From Minutocellus sp. GHC0000111 (Eukaryota), in contig OZ361259.1 in assembly GCA_977018835.1 (NCBI GenBank), positions 2,542,001 through 2,606,000 of the forward strand: a stretch of DNA of 64,000 bases. Reading direction: 5' to 3'. Positions 10,557 to 22,236 of this stretch are shown here, piece by piece (position 1 is the stretch's first letter; the number at the start of each line of letters is the position of its first letter). The position numbers and the translations under genes were made by a program. The notes beneath the pieces are model-generated. The model made no database searches, was not told the origin of the DNA, and saw only the letters and a program-made list of their open reading frames with translations.

Positions 10557-12086
10557 ATGATCCAGCCTAACTACACCTGGCGGGAAAGTAGCTCGAAGGT
10601 CGAGCTGACAGTACCCCTCAAGGGTGCCTCGCCCAAGATCGTCGACATTGTTCTTTCCTCCAACCACCTCAAGGTCTCGTTTCCGCCATATCTCCTTGAC
10701 CTGCCTCTATTGCACGATATCAACGTCGACTCAGCCGAGTCCAAGGCCCTCGTCAACGATGGTACCCTTCACATCACCCTCGTCAAGCTCGACGGAGGCA
10801 AGACCTGGGACAACCTACTCTTTGAAGGTACCAAGGAGGAGATCAACCAGCGCCGAGAGGCAGCCTTTGCCGAACGAGAGGCTCGTATCCAACGGCAGCA
10901 CGAGCAGGCTGTTTCGAAGCGCATTGAAAACGAAAGAATGACGCTCAAGATGCAAATGGCTCTGGAGGAGGACGAACGGCAACTCATTGACGACAAGAAG
11001 GCCGCGGAGAAGAAGGCGGCGGAGGAGGCATTGTACAAGACCCTCGCTGACCTTCCAGCTGCTGCCATCCCTGCTGCTGACAACCGCACCGAGCAGCAGC
11101 TCACCCCCGACGACGACGACGACGACGACGATATCAGCGGAGGCAACGAAGCCCCCACCACCACTATTACTACCATTTCTCGCCCCCCACCTTTAAAAAA
11201 TCGCCAAGTCTCTTCCATCCCGCCACCGCGAGCCACCATTCGAGCAACCTTGAAGCACACCCCACGTCCTTTCCAGACCCCGGCACGAGAGTCCACCGTC
11301 ACAACGGAGAGAGAATTCCTTCTCAAGAACAAGCCGTCTCTGCTGAACGGATGTGGTGACACCAAAAGCAGCGATGTCGGCGACGTCGATGCCAGTTGGA
11401 TCGCCAAGAAGGGAGAAGAATTCTTTGCCAAGGGTGACTATCGCTCGGCGGCATCGGCCTTTTCTACCTCGCTGAAGAGGGATTCGACCATGATCGAGGC
11501 AATGGTCCACCGAGCAGCTTCTCGCCTTCAGCTTGGTGATATCGAGAATTGCCTCACTGATCTTGCTAGCGCCAAGGCAGGTATGGAGGCATCGTTAGGT
11601 GGCATAGACGATTCTTCTCTTTGCACCAAAATTGAGCATCTGCAGGCCATTGTGCAAGCTCAGCAGCAAAAGGAGAAGGCTGATGAGCTCTTGAGAAAGA
11701 ATGATTTGAGCGGGGCTCTGCTGCTGTATGACAAGGCCATTGCAATGGCCCCGGCATGCATCCCCGCTTTGGCAAATCGTTCGGCTTGCCACCTGGCTAT
11801 GAAGAAGTATCAAGCCGCAGCATCAGATTGCACATCGGCCCTTGATACGCTCGACAGTAGCGACCTCGATGGACCATCACTCGAGAAACCATCATCGCTC
11901 ACGCCTCGATTGACATGCGAGGTTCAAAAAAAGATCAAGGATGCCGTGTTGCGGCGAAGGGTCCTGGCATTGGAGCAGCTTGGCCAGAGTGACGATTCTA
12001 AAGGCGACGGCGCAATGGAAATGACTGGTGCAGAAGCAGATGCCGGTGTTGAGAAGGCTGTCGCCGAGTTGGATAGCGTCGATTAG
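10557..12086 (+). CDS. DNAAF4: Dynein axonemal assembly factor 4 (DYX1C1): CS/p23 domain + coiled coil + TPR repeats
   Basis: N-terminal CS domain YTWRES...VPLKGA..VDIVLSSNHLKVSFPPYLL, then coiled coil with KMQMALEEDERQLI, then PPPR...TPRPFQTPARES, then TPRs (WIAKKGEEFFAKGDYRSA, ALANRSACHL). First ATG is at 10557. Confidence 0.88.
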   Translation: MIQPNYTWRESSSKVELTVPLKGASPKIVDIVLSSNHLKVSFPPYLLDLPLLHDINVDSAESKALVNDGTLHITLVKLDGGKTWDNLLFEGTKEEINQRREAAFAEREARIQRQHEQAVSKRIENERMTLKMQMALEEDERQLIDDKKAAEKKAAEEALYKTLADLPAAAIPAADNRTEQQLTPDDDDDDDDISGGNEAPTTTITTISRPPPLKNRQVSSIPPPRATIRATLKHTPRPFQTPARESTVTTEREFLLKNKPSLLNGCGDTKSSDVGDVDASWIAKKGEEFFAKGDYRSAASAFSTSLKRDSTMIEAMVHRAASRLQLGDIENCLTDLASAKAGMEASLGGIDDSSLCTKIEHLQAIVQAQQQKEKADELLRKNDLSGALLLYDKAIAMAPACIPALANRSACHLAMKKYQAAASDCTSALDTLDSSDLDGPSLEKPSSLTPRLTCEVQKKIKDAVLRRRVLALEQLGQSDDSKGDGAMEMTGAEADAGVEKAVAELDSVD

Positions 12087-12178
12087 AGTATGGTAGTGCT
12101 GTGCCAGCTTACGTTGTATTCTTATAAGGTAGATCGATTCGCATCACAAACAATTCATAGAGAAGAAACTATACACTC

Positions 12179-14024
12179 TCAACGACTTCGACTTCTACTA
12201 CGATGCTTCCTCGAGGACTTCTTCTTGCGATCTCGGGATCTGGACCTGCTTCGACTGCGATGACGTCGCTTCTTCTCCTTTCGTTCATGCCGACGGCGAC
12301 CATTGTCGTCATCATCCCGCCTACTAGAAGAATGCCCATCCTTCTTCTTCTTGTGGTCCTTATGGTGGTGCTTCCGATGATTCCTATCTCTGCTGCGGCT
12401 TCTACTACGACTTCTCCTGCGTCTCCGCTCATCATCATATGGACTCCGGCTTCTCTTACGTCTTCTGTCTCGCTCATCGCGCTCAAAGGATCTGCTTCGA
12501 CTCCGTCGCCCTCGACGCTCTTCAGGTGAATGTCGGTGGTGTCGACCTTCGTCACGATGGTGCCTCGAATCTCCACTGGTATGCCTCGGAGAGCCCTCAT
12601 CGCGCCTTGATTGCCCCATTTCACGACCTTGATGATAATGGTGATATCCATTGCTCTGATTGGGCGGGGGAGAAGGAGGTCGTTGTCCCCATCGATTCTG
12701 CCGCGCACCAGGAGGAGGACCACCTCGGCCTCTTCCTCCAGCACCTCTTCCTCCAGATTCCCTCCCTCCGGCACCACGCCCCTGCTCATACTGATACCCA
12801 CCGCCCCTTCCACCATGATGAAAACCGCCTCCACCTCCGCCTCTGCCACCACCTCCACCTCCACGCTTTCGCTGCGTGTACTTGTTCCATACCTTGGCCA
12901 CACTCTGACTAAAGTCTACCTTGATCCGTCGGTCATCCACGAGGGCATTGTTCATCTTGAAATACGCCTCATTGCACTGCTCCTTTGTTGTAAACTCGAC
13001 AAAGGCATAGCACAGCGAATCGGCCGTTCCGGGATCACGGATAATCTCCGCCCGGGCATTGGGATCGAACCTCGCAAATATCAGCTCCAAATCCTCATCG
13101 TCCGTGACGGGATTAAGCTTACAGACAAACAGTACGTTGTCTGGAGCGGCAATGTCGGCGGAGGGCAAATCTCCAAGCATTTCCAATACAACGGCACGGC
13201 TCTTGTCCTTTTTTTTTGCGGAGGGATTCCTCCCGTTCCTCGGCCGTTATCCCATCGTCCTCCTCGGCCAGGGCGACATCGGCACCAATCCGTCGCTCGA
13301 CCCGCTCTTGCGGTGGTCGTTCCCACGTCGGTGATGCAGTTGCCAGTCTCGGTGCTGACGACGACAGGGAGTCAGCAGCATCCATTGCATTGGATTCCAG
13401 CACCACACCTCGTGCCGCCAGAACATCGTCCAACCCATCGGGATCATCAAATGGATCGTCCAACACATGACAACGTTTGATTCGCACATCGGCATAGGGC
13501 CGGCCATTGGCATCGCAATACAGCCCATTGATCTTGTCCAGCACCCCGTTCTCGTCTTCCACCACCATACCAACACTAAAGTACCGTCCCCTCTCCCCAT
13601 CCAACGCCCGTCCATCGCCTGGATTGCCACCCCCCTCCACCGTCAGCAGGAGCTGCGATCCCAGCGTATCTTTTACGCCATTCATCTCCGTCATGACGAG
13701 CCGTCCCTTGTCCAGTAGTTCCGACGACGTCAATTCGCGTCGACCCTGGCCATCGGATTTGAGGAATCGCCTTTGGGATGCCGACACGTCCTTCAGACTG
13801 GATTGCACCGCGTCGATGAGGCTGTAGATGGATGCACCGCCGGTACCGTCGCCGTTGGGGTCGCCGAACTGACAGAGACGGTTGGGCCTCACGTTGTAAA
13901 TGAGGGATTGGGTGTAGTACCGACATTTGGCCAGTTTGAGAACATTCCGGACCAGGTGGGGCGAACCGTCGACGTCGAGATCGATGGTGATGTCGCCCAG
14001 AGTGGTTTCGAGGAGGAGGGACAT
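12179..14024 (-). CDS. PPIL4: Peptidyl-prolyl isomerase-like 4 (cyclophilin + RRM + RS domain; Cyp59/Rct1), with an apparent 1-nt frameshift in an A9 run at 13209..13217
   Basis: [16 protein letters not shown]...KLAKCRYY...[16 protein letters not shown]...[21 protein letters not shown] (ORF 13119..14258) continues, after removing one A, into [44 protein letters not shown]...SLCYAFVEF...[19 protein letters not shown] and an RS-rich tail. Confidence 0.92.
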
Positions 14025-14504
14025 GATCCGTTCCGTAGCAGCTGAAGTCACTCTATCTGGCGGTTGTCTATCGGGATTGTGGCTGCTGTTGCTGTCCCTG
14101 AAGGAAGGTGGGCGGTATGTGTTGGTTTTTGACCAGCGCAGCCTCACGTTCAGAAAAGATGCCGGTACGAATGGCCAGCCCAAGCCACGTACAAAGGGCA
14201 CACACACAAACAAGCACGCGCGGATAGCAGATTCACAGCGGCGGCGGTACCCCAGCACCCCCAGCCACCAGCTTGGTCGTTTCGAAAAAATGAGCGGCGG
14301 GCAGCCGGCAGGGAGATTGGTATTTTCGTTATGAGCTGAAATGACGGTTGGTCACATCATCGAAAGACTTGACTTGTTGACTTGGAGCAGATACTGGGCT
14401 AACGGCGACGGGCGTGAAGCTGCTCCAAGGATAGAACTGCACGAGAGGTATTACTCGAGTACTGTTTGGGGTTGGGCGTATTTAGTTTGATCGAGTCATT
14501 TGCA

Positions 14505-15645
14505 ATGGCGACCACCACTGTCGACCATCCCCTCAAGGGCATCATCAACACCAATGACGACCCCTTCCGCTGCGCAATTTGCCAGGATTCCTTTGGAGAT
14601 GCGTCAGATCGTTATACCAACCACGAGGGCAGGGATTCATGTGAAACATGTGGCGAGGATGGGCAGGGGCTGCTCCTCTGGGATAGACTGACGTACAGGC
14701 ACCTCAAGAAAGATCAGGCGAACATCCCCTGGTCCAAGATTCGCAAACTCTTACTGCAATCCATCATGAGGAAAGCTAGAAAAGGTCAGGCATGGGCTCA
14801 GTTCATTATGGGAAAAGCGTGCATGGAGGGCTACGGAGGAACGATATCGTTCCTAGAAGGGGTTCACTGGTTCAGATTAGCAAGCGATCAAGGCCACCCA
14901 ATTGCTCATTTATATCTTGGCATGTCCAACTCTATCAGGAACGACGACGGTCGTGATCTCTCCAAAGCGCAGGAGCGCCCTTATTGAGAGGGCCACGGCC
15001 TCGCCATTTGTCAACGAAAGCCCGATTGCAGCCGACGCCTGCCGACACGCTCTCACAGACCTCGCGAGCAAATACATGGATCTTGAGACTGAGCAGGCAA
15101 ACCGCAAGGCAAAGTCTCTCCTCCTACCCCTAGTGGAAGAAGGCAGTAATAAGGGAAACGCGCAGGGCCTACTCGGGCAAGCATTCTACAGGGAGTCGGA
15201 CGCGCCCGCTGCCCTAAAGTGGTTTTCACTGGCGGCAAGTGACTCAGACATCGATTCGCAGCTCATTTCCCCAGAAATCGGCGCACTGCGTTGCTGCGTC
15301 GAGCTTGGGAAAATTGCCCAGGCAAAATTCTGGGGACGCTTCTCGAAAAAGATCCTTAGTGTCCCTAATTTGGTACACGATGTACGTCTCACTCGTGTGC
15401 AGATACTCGTCGACCTGCGGCGTCGCTTGCGAGCATTGAGGGACGCGTGCGGTGGCTGTGGTGCAGCATTCGAAGGCAAGGAGCGTAACTTCTGCCGTGG
15501 TTGCCGTGCCTACTGCTACTGCAGCCGTGAGTGCCAGAAGATGCATTGGAATCGCAAGAAGGACGGCCATCGGGAGGATTGCAAGGGTGCGATGGAATTG
15601 AAGCAGAGAATGAAGGAGGCCCGTGAAACAAAGAGCAAATCGTAA
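14505..15645 (+). CDS. Sel1 repeat + MYND zinc-finger protein, paralog of 9075..10288; frameshift near 14978..14980 (pseudogene or assembly error)
   Basis: MATTTVDHPLKGIINTNDDPFRCAIC; Sel1 KGQAWAQFIMG...GVHWFRLASDQGHP; C-terminal MYND CGGC..FCRGCRAYCYCSRECQKMHWNRKKDGHREDC. Split over two frames. Confidence 0.82.
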
Positions 15646-15750
15646 AGGACTTGTCTTACGTAGTTCCAAGCATCGTATCTCCTTACCTTGCTTGGGTCAA
15701 TATTAGCTACAAATAAATTGGGATTGGGCGAAGCAAATTTTCTACATGTA

Positions 15751-16820
15751 CTACAATAATATCTGCTTCTCTGGCTGTCTCCTAAGCTTGATGGGTCCCA
15801 AGAATCCTCTCATTCGTCTGAATTCCAAGTAGTCTTCATTCATTCCATACCTCCGTAGCTCTTGTGCAGATAGCGTATCGGTTGCCGATTTCAAAACGCA
15901 CGCGATGAAGACGAACCCAATGGTACTTATCACATATTGATAAGATGCCGTATAGCAACCAATCCCTCCCAGATACACGCCCAGCCAAAATATTGTCTCT
16001 CCAAGATAATTGGGATGCGAGAAATGCTTCCATAGACCAATGTTGCACCAGTTATTTCGATTGCCTTCCGTGGCCTTGAACGTGGCCTTTTGTGCATCAG
16101 CGATACTTTCAAACAAAAGACCAAAAAATTGAGCAAAGATGCCGAATTTACCCACCAATCCCCAGTTGGTCTTGACTCCATCGACAGCAGCTTGGAGTCG
16201 ATAGCAAAATGGAGAGGACTGGGCGGCATAAAAGGCACCACAAGTCAACCAAACGCCAAGTTTGGTTTCGTCATGTGATTCTTCATCTACTCGCTTCGTC
16301 TTTGCATGTAAGCTGGGCCATGCGACGTATTCCCGATAAAGCAGAAATGCCGTAAGTCGAATTGACCAAATCAGGACCATGAAAGCCTGAAGATTGCTGA
16401 GCTTTGGTATTTGGCTTTGAGTGCATCTATCGAGACCGTATCCTTGATCTGCTTAAGCTTTTCAATCGGCGCACTCTTCATGAACGTCATGGCATCCTTC
16501 ACCTTGGAATGGACTTCAGGAGTCGCTTGTGTTGACTCTCCACCGGCACCACCGGCAGAAGTGTCAATGGCATCATTAGCCACAATATCCTTTGCCTGAT
16601 CCACTGATACGTTTACAAACGCTATCGATTCTTCTATGCTGTCCGCTACGTCAACCAAATCGTCAGCACCACCCCGACTAATCCGGCGGATCGATGTTGG
16701 CAGTTGCGGTATTATTGACCGCTGACCAGCACGTTGCGACGGTCGCAGCTTCAGCGCCCCGCAGCCACAACACGCCCAAAGATCAATGAGAAGCGGCGAC
16801 ACGAGATGATATCGTGGCAT
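15751..16820 (-). CDS. DUF1295 / steroid 5-alpha-reductase-like membrane protein; frame break near 16375 and usual N-terminal TM region apparently missing
   Basis: WSIRLTAFLLYRE...ESIADAQKATFK...WCNIGLWKHFSHPNYLGETIFWLG is the DUF1295 signature. Upstream ORF 16371..16820 supplies a presequence-like N-terminus in another frame. Confidence 0.7.
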
Positions 16821-17013
16821 CGTGGTCGTTTAATGCAGCCACGCACTTGCCAACTGGAGCAACGGCTCCTTCAATACCAAAACTGACAACAGCAAACCTG
16901 ACATGCCGTTATTTTCTACGACGTCGTATGGTACGTACGGCGAGGAAGACCAGCACGCACGATGACGTGTTCCCCTCCGCCGTCTCATTTTTTCTGAAGT
17001 CTGCAAGTCCACC

Positions 17014-17496
17014 ATGGTGACCCCAACGAAAACCATTCTGCTCTCCATTTTCGCCGCTCTGTCGGCATCATGCGTCGTTGAGGGTTTCTCTCCCTTTCAG
17101 CAAAATGCAAGGCCAGCAGTCTCATCCACCACTCAACTCGGCATGGGTCTGTTCGATGGTATCGCCAAGGCATTTGCGAATGAAGAATATTCGGCCCCGC
17201 CGGAAGGAATCAAGGCCACGGCCCGGCACATCTTGGTGAAGGAAAAGGATCAGGTGGACGTTGTCATGGAACGGCTTCGGGATGGTGCCCCATTTGCCGA
17301 GGTTGCTCGCGAATTCTCTACCTGTCCATCGGGTTCCTCTGGCGGAAGCCTCGGAAGCTTCTCTCCTGGTACCATGGTCAAGGAATTTGATGCAGTCATC
17401 TTCGACAAGGAGACCAACATCGGGGAATTGATGGGCCCTGTGCAAACTCAATTTGGCTACCATTTAATTGTTGTTGATAAGCGAACTGGGGTCTAA
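17014..17496 (+). CDS. Plastid-targeted parvulin (PpiC-type peptidyl-prolyl isomerase)
   Basis: Signal peptide ending VEG-FSP (ASAFAP-like), transit region, then ATARHILV...FAEVAREFSTCPSGSSGGSLGSF.PGTMVKEFDAVIF...GPVQTQFGYHLI. Confidence 0.92.
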   Translation: MVTPTKTILLSIFAALSASCVVEGFSPFQQNARPAVSSTTQLGMGLFDGIAKAFANEEYSAPPEGIKATARHILVKEKDQVDVVMERLRDGAPFAEVAREFSTCPSGSSGGSLGSFSPGTMVKEFDAVIFDKETNIGELMGPVQTQFGYHLIVVDKRTGV

Positions 17497-17562
17497 ATGC
17501 TGTATCGGTCTTACATAAGAATGTTGAAATTAATTCTTACAAATATTTTGCACGGATCAAAA

Positions 17563-18427
17563 TCAAAACTTGGATCGCTTTCCCTTCTTGATGGCTCCTT
17601 TAGATCGCTGATTCTTCTTCCCAACAAGGCTAACCTTATTGGAACCAGACGATGGCGACTTTTTGCTTGACATCTTGGCCAACCTGGATATTTTCTTGGA
17701 TGCAGAAGATGGTGCTCCTCCTCGTTTGCTTCAATAGCATCCGCCAGCTTGCTTGATTTCGCCACGATTTCTGCTGATCGCACTGCAGAAGCAGACGACT
17801 TGGCATTCACACTACTACTGCCCTCCCTCTTGGCACCGTGATCGTCATTGCCATGCATATGGACCAGCGTAGAGAACATGCCCTGACCTAAAATTTCCAT
17901 CCCATCGGCTGGTCGTACCCTGCCACCGACTGCGCCTCCACCCAACAAATGATTGCTTCGGCCATTATCTCGACCCTCCACGTCTTGCTTCTCCTTCATG
18001 GCTGCCAATCTCTTTGTTTGCTCCTGAGCCAGCGCCACGGCATTGGCCTGCATGACGGCCTCCTCCTCGGCCTCTCGCTGAGTACGTTCGGCTTCGCGCG
18101 TTTTTTCGCGAAGGAGTGCAGCGGCAGCACTTATGGGTGGAGTTGATGAAGGTCCACCGGCTGATGACGACGAGGATGCGCCAGCACCAAACTCTGACAA
18201 ATCGAGTCCTCCAAAGCTTGCCTCGAAGACTCCTCCTCGTTTGGGCATGTTGTTGTTATTGTTGTTGGAGGCTGCATTCGTATTATTGGCAGTGGCATTG
18301 GGAATCGTGCCGGGGCAGATCGACGAATACCAGCGGCAGGGTTGGCATGCGATCCTCCCGCAGAGGACGCAAAGCCACTGCTGCTGGCGCTTGAAGTTAA
18401 ACCGGCGGCGCGTTGGAGGCTGGTCAT
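17563..18427 (-). CDS. Hypothetical low-complexity protein with a basic C-terminus; two apparent frameshifts (near 18313 and near 17725)
   Basis: MTSLQRAAG... joins GTIPNATANN...MPKRGGVF if one C is added to the C4 run at 18312..18315. A Lys/Ser-rich ending SKRGGAPSSASKK...GAIKKGKRSKF* lies in another frame (stop at 17563). Confidence 0.55.
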
Positions 18428-18679
18428 GGTTGTTCTTTGATGATTTATTTGATGAGAAAAGTGAAACATTCGAAAGCTTACCTACATGTTATGTATTGGC
18501 TCTGGCCGATCAGATGAGCGGCGGACAGCGGACAGACCAAACATCGTCTTGCTTGCTTTTTCGCCCGTCACCAGTCAGTTCAAGCGAAAAGCGTCACATC
18601 GTGTCGGTCTGTGCCGTATCCTCCACCCGAGGCTCCTGCGCCCTCCTTAGCTTGCCATAGCACACAAATACCCCTGGAA

Positions 18680-19324
18680 ATGACCAGTAGAACAGTGTTT
18701 TCATCCGTCGTGGGCCGCGGCGTCGTTCGGACGGCGCGAAGTTTGTCCGCAGGCTCCACCTCGTCGGCACCAGCACCAAGCAGCTCAACAAGAACTCCCT
18801 TGGTGGCCGCTGCGGCAGCAGCTGCCTCTCGTCACTCCAGCACCGCGGCATCCTCTTCCTCCTCATCGTCCTCGGACAACTACGTATCGCCCTTTGCCGA
18901 CTTCTTCCAGAACATTGCCGACGGCAAGACGACCCTCCAATCGCACATCGGCGGACCCCTCCCAACTCCGGAGGCCCGCGTCCTCAAATGCGGCGTGCCG
19001 GAATCGGCCCTCCGCTTCAAGACCGTCAGCTACGGCCGGATGATCGTCGAACCTTACGTCCAGCCCGGGGAGCACAAGGTAACCATGAAGGTTGGCATGC
19101 ACGCTCTGCCCCTGGAGACGGAGCTGGAGCACACAATCTTCCGACAAATCGTCGGACGGAGGTACATCCCCGAAAGGAACGAGCTGAGGTTGACGTCGGA
19201 TCAGTTTGCCAGCCGGATCGAGAACAAGCGTCATCTCGTCAGCATGCTGGATCGGATCATTATCAATACCAAGAGGTTGGCCAAGGAGTCGGCGGATGGT
19301 GCTGATGGTAGCGGAGAGGCCTAA
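18680..19324 (+). CDS. MRPS35: Mitochondrial small-subunit ribosomal protein mS35 (Rsm24)
   Basis: Ser/Arg/Ala-rich presequence, then EHKVTMKV...LPLE...IFRQIVGRRY...NELRLTSDQFASRIENKRHLVSMLDRII, the mS35 domain pattern. Confidence 0.82.
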   Translation: MTSRTVFSSVVGRGVVRTARSLSAGSTSSAPAPSSSTRTPLVAAAAAAASRHSSTAASSSSSSSSDNYVSPFADFFQNIADGKTTLQSHIGGPLPTPEARVLKCGVPESALRFKTVSYGRMIVEPYVQPGEHKVTMKVGMHALPLETELEHTIFRQIVGRRYIPERNELRLTSDQFASRIENKRHLVSMLDRIIINTKRLAKESADGADGSGEA

Positions 19325-19818
19325 GCCTACTCGTAAGCCACTGGTGGTACCGCAAGCTCATAAATAAATGTCAGCCAGTCAGCCAGCAGTGGTAACCAGT
19401 GTTTGTAACTTAAAATCAATAACAAAGATCTCGGAAGATATTTTCAATTATGACTGTTAGTATTGTTATGACGGTAGTAGCCTGAGAGGCTGATGACCAC
19501 AGCATCCAAACGGCAAGAACGCCGCCGATGCGCCATCAGCGAGCTACCCATTGAATATTGATTTTTATGATTGTTCCCCGGACATACAGTATGCAAAGCC
19601 CCCGCATCACTATACATTTTGCTATTGGTTGGTATTGGGGGGGCTTTGAACATATAATCCCTGACACAGAACGAGGTTGGAAATAGGGTTGGAATGTTGT
19701 GTGTATGAAGCTTTGAATAGGTTTTGATGTTGTGTTGTGTGTTGGTAGTTATGAAAGATCAGACTGTTGTTGATTGATCAGAGTCAGAGAGGGCCGACCG
19801 GCTAGTGATTCGATTCAA

Positions 19819-21705
19819 CTATATTGAGGAAGATGCCGGTTTCTTGGAGTCAACGACGAGGACATTATTATCGGTCCCATCCTCGTCGTCATCCTCCTTG
19901 AGTGGGTGGGATCTGTGATCTCGGTCTCCTATGGAATGGGAGGACGCAGATCCAGCTGAGATGGTGGAATTACCCCTCCGATGACTTGGCGGAGTAGGGG
20001 CGGCCTGTCGCACGGCTGCAGCCGCTGCCGCGGGAGTAGGCACAGGATATGGATAGGCGGGGTAGGCATATCCAGGAGGTGGCGGTGGAAAGCCAGGATG
20101 GTGGCGCATTTCGCTTTGGGGCACGTTGGGCGGAGGTGGCATGCTCGGAAATGCCGGCTGAAAGGCACCGTATGGAGGATGAGCACTAGCAGCACCAGGA
20201 TGGCGCGGATATCCATGCGTGGCCAAGGCGTACGGAAGGTTCGGAGATTTCGCTGAAGACGATTCAGGTGGTCCCCTCTCCCTTACCTTGTCCATGGCCA
20301 TGGCGGCACTCGTAAGTTTCTGCTTGACGAGGTATCAATGAAAAAGGAAGGATGTTGGTCAATGTTATGTTAGAGAACTGAAAAGAATTATTCCTCGACA
20401 TCTCCCCATCTCTACGCATAAAAGTCATGCGACGTGTGACCTTACCTCCTTGCCTTCCTGCTGAAATTTTCGCTGGATTGTACTATACCAGTGATTTTTC
20501 ACATCATTATCGGAACGCCCCGGTAGCTGCTTGGCTATTTGAGCCCAACGATTGCCATGACGCTGATGTCCGGCAATGAGGATGGATTCCTCCTCCTCAG
20601 ACCACTCTCCCTTTTTCAGATTAGGATCAAGATGATTGACATAGCGCTCACGACACTGCTTTCCCTGACGACCAGGGAGGTACGATGCAATCTTGGCCCA
20701 CTTACGGCCGTAGATCTCTCTCTTCGCCTTGAGGATTTCATCTTCTTCGGGAGTCCACGAGCCCTTCCCTTTGATGAGAGATCCCTGGGGATGGATCGCT
20801 TTCCACTTGCTCTGGCAGTCGATTGCATTTCTATCTACAAAGTTGGACGCGATTGCATTCCAATCAGGTCCTGAGTTTGGTTACACGTTGTTGTCAAGGT
20901 GAGAAGGGTACGATGGCGGCGAAAGAGGAAATTGTGAGCGGCAGAAAAAGTATGCAGACACATCCTCGTCAACCATATCTGCGACGCAACGCATTGAACA
21001 AAATCGCATTTATTTACTTACCGCCGTGTGTATATCCCTCGACGAGTCGTCGAAGCTTTGAAGTGTCTTCCAAGGACCATGTGGCTTCCTTGACAGCTGG
21101 CGACTTTGGCGAGTCCTCAGCGTCCTTGGCACCACCAGTAGTTTTTTCGTCACCAGCGCCCGGCGAAATTTTATGAATCTGAATGTGGCAAAGAAGCAAG
21201 AATGTCGAGTGAGAAATAAACAAATGAATATAGAAAACGTTATTGGACTATGGTGGTTGAGAGAATTCAAGGCATGCGTTCGCAGACATACCGATCCCTT
21301 GCGCTTCTTTTCGAGGTGGAGGTAGCGCTGCAAGCACTGGACAGCCGTCCGATCCGGCACTGACTGGGCGATGTCGTCCCAGTCATCGCCATCTTCCTCA
21401 TCCGTAACCTCTGGATTACTACCACCACTGCTCTCTTCCTGCTCGCTGCGGGCCGCATGGACGGCCTCCATGAGGTTGGCGTCCTCCTCTGCCGTCCACG
21501 GCCTCTTCTTTGACCTTTTTCTGCTCGTGGAGGAGGTGGACGCTTCTGCTGCGGTCGTGACGACCGTATCTGGACCCACTCCCGCCGGAGCCTTTCGTTT
21601 CTCGCCCACCGCTGGTTCCATCGATAACGCTTCGCTTGTGGCCGACGATGCCGCGCCCATCGCGGCATCCCCGCCGCCCCCAGGGCGGCCGCCTTGGTTC
21701 GACAT
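19819..21705 (-). CDS. Myb transcription factor with four Myb repeats and a Pro-rich C-terminus. Exons 21705..21292, 21178..21022, 20870..20446, 20319..19819
   Basis: All three introns are GT..AG with consistent phase. Repeats: RPWTAEED...[27 protein letters not shown]...[33 protein letters not shown]...[36 protein letters not shown]...[22 protein letters not shown]. Confidence 0.92.
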
Positions 21706-22236
21706 GGTCGTCGAAGATGAGTTATGGCACGCCAGAAGCACGCCAGAACATGGCGCAAAGTGAAATCTTGGGTGCATTTCCGGGTTATTTTATGTATAAC
21801 TCCGGGTGTTTCTCTATGAGGGTTAGGGTTGCAGGTTCTTTTGGCTGGCAGGCTTGCCAAAAAAGGCGGACGCGTCACGATGGTGCGCGTTGAGGAATTT
21901 TATCCGCGAAGCTCGGAGCAGTTGGGGAACCTTCCAAAATGAAGTCGAAACAAGCAGGAAAATAGCACCAATTCATACTTAGAGACTTGATTACATGACC
22001 AACCTTTATTGAAGGGCATCAAATTAGAGCATAAAGTCTACGAGTAGCTAGAATAAGATCTACGTATATCGAGCTGGTGGGTCAAATGTAAAAAATAATC
22101 GCCAGTTCCAAATGGGCAAACCACCAGCCATTAACACCGGTACATGTAGTAAGCAATAACTGGTAAACTACATACATGTACCCTCTTTCATATATACCAG
22201 TATCAAACATCATAATCCTGCATTCAACTCCTATTG

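Noticed and set aside
13209..13217. Programmed -1 ribosomal frameshift at the A-run in PPIL4
   Set aside because: Restoring the frame needs +1 (loss of one A), not -1. Homopolymer error is the simpler explanation.
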